A DNA stretch of 64,000 nt. It comes from Lingula anatina. Its lineage: Eukaryota > Animalia > Brachiopoda. This document shows, piece after piece, positions 12,415-25,470 of this stretch. Numbering within the stretch: position 1 is the stretch's first letter; every line of letters begins with the position of its first letter. The notes under the pieces were generated by a model that did not search any database, was not told the DNA's origin, and saw only the letters and a program-made list of their open reading frames with translations. Where the stretch lies: contig CM120646.1 in the NCBI GenBank assembly GCA_051362555.1, positions 7,192,001 to 7,256,000 of the forward strand. Direction: 5' to 3'. The position numbers and the translations under genes are program-made.

Positions 12415-15400
12415 TTTTTTTTTTTTTTGAAACATTCACTTAAATCTTGAGTCAAAACTTTGTCGGTGTCTTATTCAGTTAAGGGTGACAGTAGTCTTGA
12501 ATGGCAGTTACAATGCCTTCCACCCATTTATTAAGTTATTGGTAATAAGTGTTTTCCAGTTTGAAGATTTCAATTGTTTGCTACACTTCCAAATAATTTG
12601 CTTATTTATACTTAAACTTTAAAGATCCAATAAAGAGATGATTATGCATAATGAAACATTGTTGATTGATTTAAAGCTGTGTGTGTGATTGGTGCCCACT
12701 TGTGTCCAATAATTGTTGAAGTAGTAGATGAAAAGAAAAGTTAAAGGAAAACAGTTTTCTTTGTATGATTAAATGTAAGAAAAATGTGGGTTGTTTGTCG
12801 TTTTATTTTCTGAATAATTAAATTTATTAGACTAAAAGTATTTTTAATTAATTTTGTAAGCTATAGTATTACAGGGAATACCATTCCCAGGTGTACAATC
12901 GAGATGGAAGCTATTGAGCAAAGGGTAAAAACTTGAGGCCAAGTAGCAGGTTGAAAAGGGTTTATGTCTTAACCAAAGCTACATAAATTTCGATCACAAG
13001 TCATCAAAATATGAATATGACGGTTTAAATCCCAAAGGTGGGCTCTGTTATAGGGCAATTGCCTATTCTTGTAAAGTCTATTGTTCATATCTGCCGTGAT
13101 TAGAGTAACTGAGCAGGTATTACTGGCCAAGACAAGAGCAACACCCATTCAAATTTTACAATTTTCGGATATTTTAATATTAAAATATATCGCCAACAAA
13201 AGAAAAGGCCACGAGGATCTCCTTTGTACTTTATATTTTTAATGTTCCTTTACAAACCCATACAGGTTTGACAGCCATCGGACCTCTACTAGTGGGTATA
13301 TGACCCTCTGAAAATTGCCATGCTTAAACTTAGTTTTGGGGGGTGGGGTGAAAAAAGTGGGTACAGTGTGGACAAGGTGGGTTATATTTTTAGTTTGAAA
13401 GTCTTGGGGGGAAGAATATTGATCAACAAAATACATCATACATGTACATAGTAAATATATTGCTAGATAAGAGTATAATAAGCATATATATGAGTGACGT
13501 GTATGATAACTCAAAATCTGCTTCGAAAGCTGGAAAAACAGAAAATTGGGCATAAATCCCTTGAAATACAGTTTTATGGCATAACATTTGGCAGAAGTTA
13601 AAAGGGTCCTCAGGCAAGTATTTCAGCCCAATATGGTCAAATTCTGTGAACCCCCACCTTGCCGCACTTGTCTGGTGCTTAAAAAAACTGGCACTTAAGT
13701 TTTATGTCAAACTTGAACTGACATTCATGTGTAAATACCTTTGTTGTGTTACTTGCTCTACGTCCATCCACAATAAAACATATGTTGCTCATCTATGGCC
13801 AACCCATTTATAGACATCCTTTTTTGTCACCTTTGAGCTCGGCAGTGTAGGCATCCACACTGTAGTAAATGCTATAGATGTGCACTAGTCTGTTGAGTTA
13901 GATGACATCTCCAGAGATTATAGGAGAGGTGAATAAATTATGGTGCTGACTACATATTGGACTTGTTATTTGATGATAGAATCCAGGAACATCCTTTAAA
14001 AAACATCACACACACATTCTACTTTTTCTAAAAAAAAAAAAAGGAGGTTGTGGTGCTGATCTTGGAATTGGTAGATTTTCCCTAGTATTGAAGATCTAAA
14101 AAGTTGTCGCTTCACACGTACTGTCACCTTCCCTAACATGGTTTCCAATCCGGCAGTAGATATCTTACCTGGGCTGTATGATTTCTGTGCTGGTGTGTCT
14201 GGAGTTGAAACTGGCATTTTCTCCAGTGCTGCCAGTCTCTCTGTCAGAGCTCGAAGTTCGAGTGTGTCCTTTTTTGCCTCCTGTTTTTTTGCTGATTTCA
14301 TTAGCACTTTTGAAATCAGCATTTGCTCCCTCGGGTCAACACGTATCCGGATACGATGAGCATATTCTTTTATTGTGTTGATGGAGGCTGACACGATTCT
14401 CAAGTCCTCTAATTCTCTGGTTGTTTCCTTGTCAACTGCTTCTTTAAACATGTTCAGTTTTGGCACAGCTTTCACAAGGGCAGTTTCAATCTTCTAATTA
14501 TTTGCAATTTTTTCAACTGGCACAACACCATGCCTGTAGTGTTGTGTTACATGTAATGCGCAGTTACCATATACAGTACATCATCATCTTCACAGTTGTA
14601 TTTCAGTTCATTTGTTGGATGCTTCTCACATTTGATCACCATTTGTCCAATGCCATGTGTGACTTCATGCACATCAGTGTCTTTATTTGGGGATGTTATA
14701 TCATGCTGCTGTTGCTGACTGAATCGGATAAAAAATTTTCAGTTTCACAAGTCCTTCTCTTGGAAATTGTATCGCCTCTCTACAAAGGGGACACAAAAAT
14801 GCCCTGTTCCCAATCATGGTTCTTGTAGCATAGTGATACCACCTGTATATACAACCATAGCAAATTGTATGGTAGCAAAGCAGCACACGGGGGTCCTCAT
14901 ACTCTCCAGGCAGATACTGCATGTCAAAAGATTATCTGTGAAAGCTGCCGCCAGTGAGTTGGCCACATTGTCACATCAGAGACTAAGGCAAGCCGTCAGT
15001 GAATAATCCAATCGTAAAATATAAAAACTATGCCTGGAACGCTCTTTAAAAGTGTGATAGCAGATGATCAGATGATGGTGACCTTGATTATATACAAATG
15101 AAAAAGTACCATGTCAATATTGATAACATGTACTATATTTGATAAGGTTATAGTTAGTTTATGTGGCCATATAGCATATATAAATATTCCACCAATTTTA
15201 AAGCTATAATGAAAATCAGCCAAGACCTAATAAGCCTTTTCTCAGACTGCACGGTTTCTGTCCCTGCTTGACATAGATCTGATCAACTTTTACACTGTAG
15301 GGCGTCTTTTTGAGTCTTTTGTGCGACCATGAAACTGGCCAGGTCGCAGTTGGACATTCAAAGAACGCACGGTGATAGGTAAGATCGAACACAGAAAGTT

Positions 15401-16116
15401 TCAGGTTCGTCGAGGACGCAATGGTCACCGCAAATTTTTGAATATATTCAAAACAATCGCACAAACAGCGCGGTGAAGGATGGTCGCTGCACGATCGCCC
15501 AAGGAGGCAAGGAGGCAGATTGAATGATAAATTGTCGGCTACTGTTATGCATGGTCAAACAGAGGGGCAGGGGCATTTCTCAACAGAGGCACGAAATCTG
15601 AGTGCTGCAGTTACTAGTGGTCGCATACCAGGCTCCCATTAGTATTTTTTTCTTTTAAAATTTCTTGAACAGATCCAGGCAATTATGGAACGAGTATTCT
15701 GTCTTTTTTATAGATGCAGTTTTAGTTGCAGTTTTTCACAGAATTCGTCTGCTGAAAACGGATTGAAATGTTGTGTCAGTCAGTGGCCTATAGTACCCAC
15801 CAGCTGCAGGTTCATTGCTTCTTCGGCGCATGTTTACTTGTCTTATAATGACAACAATGACTATCTGGCTTATTATCAGTCCCCGCAGAGTGTGTACAAC
15901 TATTGTTTGAAAAGCAAGTTATTTCTTCGTTCTTTGTTTTCTGGGGGCGTTCTTAGGTTGCATAGGGGATGCACAGAGTAAACACGGTACAGCTTTATGT
16001 TTTTAATCAAGGTCATCATCACCTGATCATCTGCTATAACACTATAAAGAGTGTTTGAAACATGCTCCTTGTATTTTAATGTTGACTGCTTGCTTTACGT
16101 GCTCTGATGTGACAAC

Positions 16117-16661
16117 ATGACCGCGGCACTAGCAGCAGCTTTCTCAGATAATCTCTTGACATGTACAATCTGTCTCTGGGAGGATATGAAGACCCCCGCG
16201 TGCTGCCTTGCTACCACACATTTTGCTCTGGTTAAATATGTGACCATGCTACAAAAACCATAACAAGGGGCATGACAATTTTGTGTCCCCTTTGTAGAAA
16301 AGAGATATGATTTCCAAGAGAAGGGCACATGAAACTGAAATAAAAAAAATTTCATTCCCAGTTAAAGAAACTGATGTGCATGGAGTGACACATGACATTG
16401 CACAAATGATGATCAAATGTGAAGAATTAAGCATCCTGCAAATTAACTGAAATGCTATTGCGAAGATGATGATATCACTGTGTATGGTGACTGTGCATTA
16501 ACAGAGCTCTATAAACATGGTACCCTGTATTTTGTCAGTCGAAAAAGCTGCAAATAGTAATCAAAAGAACATTGAAACTGCACTTGTGACAACTGCACCA
16601 AAACTGAACATGTTTAAAGAAGCAGTTTCAAAGGAAACAGCCAGTGAATTAGAGGACTTGA
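16117..16661 (+). pseudogene. Truncated TRIM pseudogene (RING-Bbox-start of coiled coil), inverted paralog of the minus-strand copy
   Basis: MTAALAAAFSDNLLTCTICL/fs/GYEDPRVLPCYHTFCSG*...LCPLCRKE...KCEE...PKLNMFKEAVSKETASELEDL. Upstream non-coding 16004-16116 also matches 14967-15092 in reverse. Confidence 0.85.
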
Positions 16662-17436
16662 GCACAAGGCCAGTCTAGTCGCCAATTAGGAACTGTGGTT
16701 TTAACCAGATCTACTTGCCCCTGTGCTATACATGTTAATTACTCTAACATTGCATTGTACTGTTGAACGGGTGTTGCATACAGTGGAAGACTCGTCTTGG
16801 TGCTGTAATTACCCATGCAGTTTCAAGCCCATATTTCCCTGTATTATGTTTACCTGAAGTTATAAAAGACACCTACAAGGAAATTAATTTTGAAAAAAAA
16901 GGTTGTACGCACAATACGACTGTGCGGTTGCCTTCAGGTGACCTTGAGAAGTACACCTACACCATTAAAAACTGTAGTTAAATTTTCTAAATTCCACCCT
17001 CGCAGTCACATGTACCGTTAATGTAATCAGCCACTCGTCTTATTTTTTCAATGGACATGCGTACATGTACTGATGAGAAATATTTTATTTTTTCTTTTAA
17101 TCTTATGTATTGATTTCTTCTTGTTGTTCGCTGTGTTCGCTGTGAAAATAAAGTAATCGAATTACTTTATTTTCCCTTTATGAACGACTTTGTGGTAAAA
17201 CACAGGTGTCAAGGCGCGACCTTTTGTTTCCATGCTTTGCGGAACGTCATCAATCCGCAAACGTTTCTACAAAATATTAAAATGTGGCTTTGATTTTTTA
17301 ATATAGTAAGCTTATTTATTGGTTCATTCATTGAAAATTTGTGAAAAAAAAGCCATTTAGAAGTTGCATATAAAAGTGGTTTATGACATGATTTCATGTA
17401 TCAATTTACGCCATGCATTCGGGGTGATTTTGTATT

Positions 17437-17475
<39 letters not shown>

Positions 17476-19146
17476 TATTTTACTATTATTATTGTTATTA
17501 TTATTATTATTATCATTTTTGCTTTGGGAGCATAAATTGCTTTGAAGCTACAAGACATGCAATGGCAGATTCAGTGGAGGACACAGCAGGCACGTGTCCC
17601 TCACTATAAACTCCCGTGGTAGTTCCTTTTTTCACTATTTTGTAAGCTGAAAACACGTCAGGCATTGGAAAGTGTAGCATGAACCCTTTTGATGTGCCAC
17701 TATTAATTGAAATAGCCAGTACTTTTTGCCTAAAATCATTTGCCCGATTCACATAGAATGCTTTTTATTGAGAAGTTAGTTATCAAAATATCAAATTTTT
17801 CTTTTTTTTTCTTTTTTTTTTTTTTTGTTGCTCTTTTCATCAATGCATTCTGCAAACAGATATTAAGAAAAACAAAGCACATATGTTTAACAACATTTTA
17901 TTATGCTTAAGCAAAAGCAGGGCGAAACACAGTAGATATGAACAACAACCAGTGTTTCAAAAATCAGAATTGTATGATACCATATAATATAAATGTTTCC
18001 TATAATAAGCACCCACGTACACTATAAATGTCATAGTAAAATGCAACATTTCTTTAGGATATTTCCCAAATACTTTTTCTTTTTCGGTACATAATTTTTT
18101 CGTTTTAACATTTATTGTGTTATTGCATAAATAAGATTGACAAATCCCCACAATTTGACAACTCTGTCGAAATTAACTGTAGAAAGGAATCAAAGAAAAC
18201 ACAAATTTTATAATTTAAACCTGAATTAAGAAACGTGAACACCTCTCAATTAATAACCATATTATATATCCCCAAGATTATAAAATGTTTTAACGGTTGT
18301 CAATATTAAAACATGTAAGGAAAGTCAACGAAGAGCCAACAGAATTGCGAGCACCACCAATTTCGATATTCAGTGCCCATTGTTTATTTTCATTTGCCAT
18401 TTTGTCCACTAGCCGCTGACGGGTTGCCTCTGTTTAGGTGAAGATCGATCATGTAAGCCTTTTCGGTAGAAAAGCTTGTTTAAAAGTCGTAAGACTTTTA
18501 AAATGGAAAAGAAACAGTGTCTGCTAGTTATTTGAACAGTTTCAGTGGCATCAATTTGCGTCACAAGTGGTCTTGTGTCCATATATATTCGGTGTAAGGT
18601 TGGAGCAGGCGTCCAGCACTCCCCTTTAGCTCACACCAACGACTGAATACAGTACCATTAGTGTCTTATTACATGCACGTCCATGAGCTGACCTTTTCTT
18701 CATTATCAAGAAAGCACAAATGTCTGTAATAATTTTGACATTGTTTGTCTCCAACATGTCTAAAATATGTCATGCAGCTCTCATGCCAGCACCATTACAC
18801 GTTCTATCGGTATTTGGTAGTCGTATCCTGTACTTAAAAGTCATTGTCGCCCTAAACTTCAAATCATTACGCCTATAATGTCTAAATGTTATTTGCAATA
18901 ACGTTCTTGGTCACTATTGGCGAGTACCCTATGTAAAAACGGCTATACACATTAGATAATACAAACGTGTATAAACCGAAAGAAAAATGACATCACTTTT
19001 CCCGTGATACTTGTTATTATTCATTTTGGACAAACATGTGCCATTTCAATAAGAAAACAATTATGAACCTGTCTCAAGGCCGGCCAGAAGGACGATACGA
19101 GGATAAATAGTTCGGAGTAGTTGGAGGCGTCTGCGGTCTTGTCCAT

Positions 19147-22100
19147 TTACCACCTGAAAGGAAATGTGTCATGAATGTCTGAGCTAGCATTTTGTCTTAT
19201 ATAATTGATGTGCACATGATGATATTGTTAAGAAATATCACTGAATTTTTAAAAGGAGGCTCAACTATTATACTAGTGGGGCCTTAATAAAGGCAGTCCA
19301 TGAATAGCAATGATAAGTGAAGGAAAGTTATCCTATTTCAGTTAATTTGTAATCATAAGTGGAACCAGGGCGCTCCCCCTCTTTTCATAAATCAAAATGA
19401 CCAGTTCTGTTCCCATCCAGAAACTGTCAAAAAAGATTCAAACCCACAGAAACAGCTTTAAGTCATGGATTTTACAACAAACAAAATATTTTACCATTTG
19501 TTTAGATATATATAGATAGAAACAGTTTTCCACGGAGGAGTGGAGTAGTAAGGTAAGATTCCCCTCTCGCTTAATGTCCTGAATTCATCAGTAATAGTTT
19601 TAAAATACAAAAGATTATAATATATAAGGGGTTAGTTCGCCCCTCGCTTAAAGTCCTGAATTCATCAATAATGGTTTATACAATATATTATAATACAGGG
19701 GGTGAAGAAGCAGGGTTAGTTCCTCCCTCGCTTAAAGCCCTGAATTTAATAGTAACGGTTATTACAAAAAATTAACTTACGGCCACAAAGGAGAAGACGC
19801 CTCTACGAGGGGTCCCCAAGGGGTAGCATCGCTCTTTGAAAGGCTAAGGATGGTCTCATCGTTAGCTTTGTTTGCGTTCCAATCGCCACATATGCCAAGA
19901 ATTTGGTTGCACCAAATAGGGGGGATTACAAGAACCATACAGTGACGGCCAATATAGAGCTTGATCTTGAAGAATTTGCATTCAATACTGAGATACCACC
20001 CTGGTATGTGGGAATCTAGCCACACAACCGTGATGCGAAAGTGTGTCCCCTCAAACAGGAACTGCGGTCCAGAAATGTCTGTCTCTAGGGTTACGGGTGT
20101 TCCAGGGCCATCTATTACCTGTAATTAAAAAAACACAAAAATAATAATGAAAACTTTGTTAAGACATTATTTATAGAATTTTAAAACATGCATGATATTG
20201 ATAAAAGCTCAAGGGTGAATATTTAAAAAGACCTGCGTGCGCAGCATGGAAAAGTAGTCCGCGAGGAACCATAGTCCATTTCCCATTACTTTCTACAGGT
20301 GCCAATCGTCCTTTTTAAGACCCCGGATAGACATTATAACCACATGGTCGACAAATTATGAAATTGTTCAAAAATTTAATTGAAATATTATAATAGTTAT
20401 GTAAATTCCGTTATTCGTAAGTAAAAAAGTTTTGGCGTGCTAATGTTTAATGTTACGCTCACTAAAACGCAGACGTGCAAATGGCCAGTACCCCGATGAA
20501 ATATTGTCATGAAAATTATAAATTTCATTAATCTTATAAAGATATAAAGATATTTCTCTTGGTTTTACACTTCTTATTTTATTTACTATCCTTTCTGAAA
20601 ATAATTTTGAACGGAACGGGGTTTCAAAGGCAGTTTTCAGTAGAATAAACATTTGAGACGAACGTCTTCCTATTTTGGCAATGAACATGTTCATATTTTG
20701 GCAGGGCATGCGAACTGCAGAAATTTAGATAATTGAACGGAGAATTGTAAATTGCTCTGTCATGTTGCCCTATCTAAGTACTGAAATAAGCAACAATACA
20801 CGATGTTTCTAACGATATGCCTTGACTGTAATGAATAGAGAATTAATATTAGCAGATGAATCAAGGAAACAATATCTATGAGAATGATTGATATAAAAGT
20901 GGTTAGGTCGGGTTCCCGCTACAGAAGAATAGCATAAATATCCACCTTTACACAAAAGTTAGATCGTGTGGTCGTTATACAACAAAAAAAAATGAAAATC
21001 ATTTTAATTAGTTGGTACATGCTCCTTCTGCAGTTACCAGGTCACCCATCTATATATATATTAAAATTTACTGTATTAAGGTAAATAGGAATGAAAATCT
21101 CATTCTTCTTTAAGTAATGTCCTTATGATATTTCTGTCTGATAGATTTTTCTAATTTTTTACATGCACAGTTGCCACTTTTGCATCCATATTTGGATAAA
21201 AATAATATCAGTTTTGTTGCAATGATCATTGGAACTTTGAATTAAATTGCATCGCCAAGACCGCCAGCACTAGTTGCTGACGCAATGCGCAACAAAAATG
21301 ACGTTAATTAGGGCTCGCACCGTTGTTGCATAGTATAGCATAATGAAACCACCTTTAAACAGAAAAGGACTGGAGAGAGAGAGAGAGAGGGAGAGAGGGA
21401 GAGAGAGAGAGAGAGATAGCTCACTTTCAAAGTGTATGTTCTTCTGAGGGTGCCCTTGTAATAGACGGTAACGCTACTTTTCCAGCAGCCAAATTTCACA
21501 GCTTGCAATCGGGTCTTCGGGGGGCCATTGAAGTATTCGTGCCTTGTCAACACATACCACATTCTACATCTAGGAAGGCCTATTTTCAAACGAGGCATTG
21601 CCATAAAGCCGATATGATCAGGGCTGGTGTTGTACCTGAACTCCCTTTTATCGCAAGTCATATAGCGGATATCGCCGTGGGCATGGCAATAACAAGTGCC
21701 AAACCCTGGAATGGATAAGTAACAGGATAGGTATACCATTAGAGAACATTTGGTTACGGTGCATTTGTGTTATATACATTTACTGTCAGTTAATTGGAAT
21801 TCTGACTTAGACGGGATGTTAGCATTGTTAGTTTGTTTCTACCGATTCCCAATGGTTATACTCTCACACTCCAATGGTCAAGGAGGAAAAAGCAGAAATT
21901 GTTATGTAAAAAAAAGGATCATCCATCCCCAAGGACAGCCCAATTTCCAAACACACGAAAGTTCCGCAATGCCCATACACATCTCTTATGATAGGTCTAT
22001 CAAATCCCAAAAGTTTCAGTTTCCTCACTCTAATGGCCTAGAAGGAGTTAACAGAAATTACAATGTGAAAAAAACGCATAATCAACCAGCACCAAAGGAC

Positions 22101-24025
22101 AGCAGGGGGGTCGTTTGGGGGAACTCCCCCAGAAAAATTTGTCAATATGAAGTAAAATGGTGAATTTCGGTAGCATTTCACCTACATGTATATTATAAAT
22201 TAACTGATTTTGATGGGAACGTTACATTTTAATCTTTTTTTCAAAAGTTATTAAATCAAGGTATTACAAAACACTTTTATCATCACTGCCCATTGCCCAA
22301 AACGTTCAGTCCTGACTAGTACCTCACTTAATTGTCATAGTTACCGGTATTTTTAAAGAATTAATTAACATCTTAAATCCAAAACTTCATGTTTAATTGT
22401 TAGTAACGGTATAATTACTCATATCATATCATATCATCGTAAATTTCTACAGTGATCACTGTCACTGCCACCACTGTCAAACAGTGAGTCAAAGTCACTG
22501 ACATGTTCATGTGACAGATGGGTGTCTGGCTTATTAGAACATCTTGTTGTAAGACGACGTGGAGGGCCGGTGTAACGAAACAGAGGGTCTGTGTAACAGA
22601 AAGCCCGCCCTCCATATAGTTATAATGGTTAGGGTTAGCCTGATCTAAGTGGGTCAAAATCTATGGCGAGGTTAACCTGTACACATGAATTGGAAGCGGA
22701 CTCTCTGTTATGTGGGACTCTGTCACGTTAGACCGGTTAGCCATGACCTCACAAAAAATATATATCCAGGAAAATTAACTTTTTCCAGGCTAACCACAAA
22801 GACCTTTGCCTGGAAAGTTCATATTATTTACTTCTTCTCTGTTTTTAGGCAGCGATAGGTGTTTTTCGCCTCCTTTCCAACTGCTTGGAGCGGCGGTAGG
22901 TTTAAGAAAGCGAACGTGTCATAAATTAATACGACCTACTTAAAATGTGTATATTTGATCATTTTGAGAAAATCCAAGATGACTGGCCGTCATTGGTCAT
23001 AGGAATACTATTACAACTGCACATCAAAAATTGGCTTTTCATCTACTATCAGGGTGAAATAGTGTTTATTACAAATGGTGTTTGCTTCTCAAGTTCTGCC
23101 CATCCTTATTAGTCCTACACGGTATGATATATATCTGGGCCGGTTGCACTAACAGGGCGTAAATTTACTTGGCTACGACTGTCGTAAACCGCAACGCCTG
23201 GCGTCCATGCGCCAGGTTTACTCTCCCTGCTTACGCCCGTTGCTCCAAGACAAAAACTGGTCGATCTTAACTACGCCCGAGTAACGCTCCGTTGCGTCAC
23301 TGGCCAACAATACGTGGATGGTATAATTGGGCAAATGAGGAGTTCTCAGCTGCAGTCATAATGGAATGATGACATAAATAAACACAAAAGGAACATTTCA
23401 GTGACGGAGAAATTCATAAGCTTCATTATTCAATTTTGATTTAGAAATAAGAACGATAAAATTGTTGTTGCCTTGGATATGTGAAATAATAAAATCGTAA
23501 ATATATTCCGAATCAAAATATTATGGTGTTGTAAATGAGAAAAACGCAATGGAGGCAGCACTTGTTCCTATTAATGGATTTGAACACCTTCACACTTGTT
23601 ACTGAATCTTTTGAGACTGAAAATAATGCAAAAAATTCACCTTTAACGACAGCATTGCTTTCTTTTCATAGTTTTACAACAGTGTCGACAATTTTATGAC
23701 CTTCTTTTCTATGGTTACACCGTGAGGTATCATTTAATTCAATCGTGCTTACATCTTGGAGATTAAGAAACACGACGGGTTGGTGCAACCGGGCCCTTCT
23801 GATATTTTAAGCTTTCGTCTCTATGTTTATATACAGTAAAATATGAATGATATAAAATGTGAATAAAAAGTGACTATGGTTAGTTATGGTTTCTCAAAAA
23901 TTATGAAAAGAATTAAAGAAATCGTACTGCTGAGAGCCAATTCGTGTCGACATGAGTGGTAAAATTTAATTTGAACACATGCATATACATGTACATGACT
24001 ACATACATTATTTATTTAATAATAA

Positions 24026-24076
<51 letters not shown>

Positions 24077-24610
24077 GATAATAAAGTCAATACACTAAGA
24101 AAAGTGCTCCACCCATGGTGACGGACCAACTCAAGATTCTTTAAAAAAAGAAACAAAGAATGTTTTACAATGAAGGCCCTACTTATCACCCGCCTGCAAT
24201 CCAAATATTGTATCTTTAAATTTCAACATTACATCCTTAATGAAAGCCTTTAGATGTCCAAGAAACGGTTAAAATACCTAACGTGGATAATGTATGGACT
24301 ATGTTTTGACGGAATAACTTTCTTTCTCGTATAATTATACTTAAAAAAAATATTTAACTCAATGCTTCTTTCAATGATGATAACAAAACTGATAATATCA
24401 TATATACTTACAGTAACAAGGCAGGTGTGAAGCGGGATAGAAACAGTCCCCATAGTAGTCTTGTTGTGCGGTTGTCAGCGAGTTCCACATGTCAGTAAAT
24501 GCAATTGATATGTTCTGTTCTTCCGGGGTAAGCTGAGACTGGGCTGAAACAACGGCTACCATTGCCACAGCAAGGAGCAAAAGCACGGCCACGTTGCTGT
24601 TCCCTGTCAT
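19147..24610 (-). CDS. Secreted single von Willebrand factor type D (VWD) domain protein, 274 aa
   Basis: Exons 24610-24412 (phase 1), 21705-21425 (0), 20118-19781 (2), 19153-19147, all GT-AG, 825 nt open. Signal peptide MTGNSNVAVLLLLAVAMVAVVSA. VWD motifs CHAHGDIRYMTCDKREF (cf. GDPHY.TFDG) and ILGICGDWNANKAND (cf. CGLCG.FNG...ND). AATAAA at ~17897-17902. Confidence 0.85.
19555..19775. repeat. Three ~80-bp diverged tandem repeats in VWD intron 3
   Basis: Core CCTCGCTTAAAG(T/C)CCTGAATT (first copy diverged) at ~19565, ~19642, ~19725. Confidence 0.75.
22935..23120. mobile_element. Fragment of the same family as element 30550-33200
   Basis: Reverse complement of ~32250-32395 (AATCCAAGATG...CATAGGAAT...CCCATCCTTATTAGTCCTA). 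Confidence 0.75.
23138..23795. mobile_element. PIF/Harbinger-like MITE
   Basis: TIRs GGCCGGTTGCACTAAC and GTTGGTGCAACCGGGCC. 3-bp flanks CTG/CTT (one mismatch). Confidence 0.55.
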
Positions 24611-24660
24611 CTTCAAGCTAGAGTCTTCCTGGCAATGGTGTCCAAGGAGAGGTGCAAAGC

Positions 24661-24695
24661 AACTGATATTTTCTCTTCTTCACCCATCTTATATA
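24661..24695 (-). promoter_or_regulatory. TATA box and initiator of the VWD gene
   Basis: Minus strand TATATAAG (24695-24688) lies ~30 nt upstream of TCAGTT (24665-24661 region), ~55 nt before the ATG. Confidence 0.75.
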
Positions 24696-25179
24696 TTCGT
24701 TTTTAAGTGGGCGTAAAGACCGCCTTCGCCACGGTGGCATACGAAGCGTGCGCATGCGCCTCATTTGCCACAACTGTGCCTCGATCGTCTCTTTTTGATT
24801 TTTTTTCCAAAGGAGGCCAGTCGTTTGCAGAAAACCGCCATTCTAAGCAGATGTTGAGAGCGTTATCATAAACCCTGCTTGAAAATCAATGTCAATCTCA
24901 TATCTCTCAAATTGCCAGCCAACATTTTCAAAGTCCTGTTGGATCACCGTTGCCTTCTTTTACCATCTGAAGCTTTTTGACAACAATCTATTAAAATGTT
25001 CCTAAATGATTCCTAAATGCAATGGTAATCAGTAACACAAATGGCCAAATGTTCCAGCTGAAACGCCTTTACTCTTCAGGGTATCCCAAACTTTTTCAAG
25101 TACGAGTTACCTATAATTCTAACATGCATTTAAGTATGCGGGGGTCACTACTGTTGTTTCAGAACGGGTAAAGAAATCG

Positions 25180-25470
25180 ATAATGGCATTTTTTATACAT
25201 GTTTATCAAACATTCATGTAAGAATGGCCTGATTATAGAGTTTTCTGAAATACTTGAAAATATAACATCCTTACTGTGTCAATGGAGAGGACACACCCGA
25301 TTCACAAACTCTAAATTGATATGTAAAGCCAGATTAAGAACATAAAGCGCCTAGCTCTTTAAGTACAGGGACCAAATGAATGGAACAATCTCCCAATATA
25401 CTTAAAAACTAAAGCGTCTGAGGACAGTTAAAAAAGAATTAAGAACGTTTATTTTCAAAAAGTTTTATAG
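25180..25470 (+). mobile_element. LINE 3' remnant
   Basis: GPNEWNNLPIYLK matches the WNxLP motif at the C-terminus of CR1/L2-clade ORF2. Confidence 0.6.

Larger units (their letters stand above)
9643..13694. mobile_element. 4.05-kb TIR DNA element at a TTAA site, with degenerate spliced coding remnants
   Basis: Imperfect TIRs GTGCAAGTTTTT..ACCAG..GCGGCAAGGTGGGG..CACAGAAT (9643-9707) and reverse complement (~13641-13694). TTAA at 9639-9642 and 13695-13698. Removing it restores the host TRIM frame. Confidence 0.85.
9510..14966 (-). pseudogene. TRIM (RING-Bbox-coiled coil-NHL-like) pseudogene, interrupted by a TIR element at 9643-13694
   Basis: RING-HC: LTCSICLE/fs/EYEDPRVLLCYHTICYGCI...FLCPLCRE. 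B-box-like: KCEKHPTNELKYNCEDD...CAL...H. Coiled coil in ORF 13996-14475. NHL-like: GLAIDEQ and TKVFTHECQFKFDIKLNDHYPYVVAVSQTSHLY (spanning the insertion). Start codon is GTG (14966) where the paralog has ATG. Frameshifts and stops present. Confidence 0.85.

Noticed and set aside
16665-17215. Possible solo LTR truncating the second TRIM copy
   Set aside because: AATAAA and an ...AACA end are suggestive, but there is no TG start, TSD or convincing PBS.
22424-22657. ORF inside VWD intron 1 as an extra exon
   Set aside because: Exons 1 and 2 already join in phase, the ORF has no domain signal, and it overlaps repeat-like sequence.
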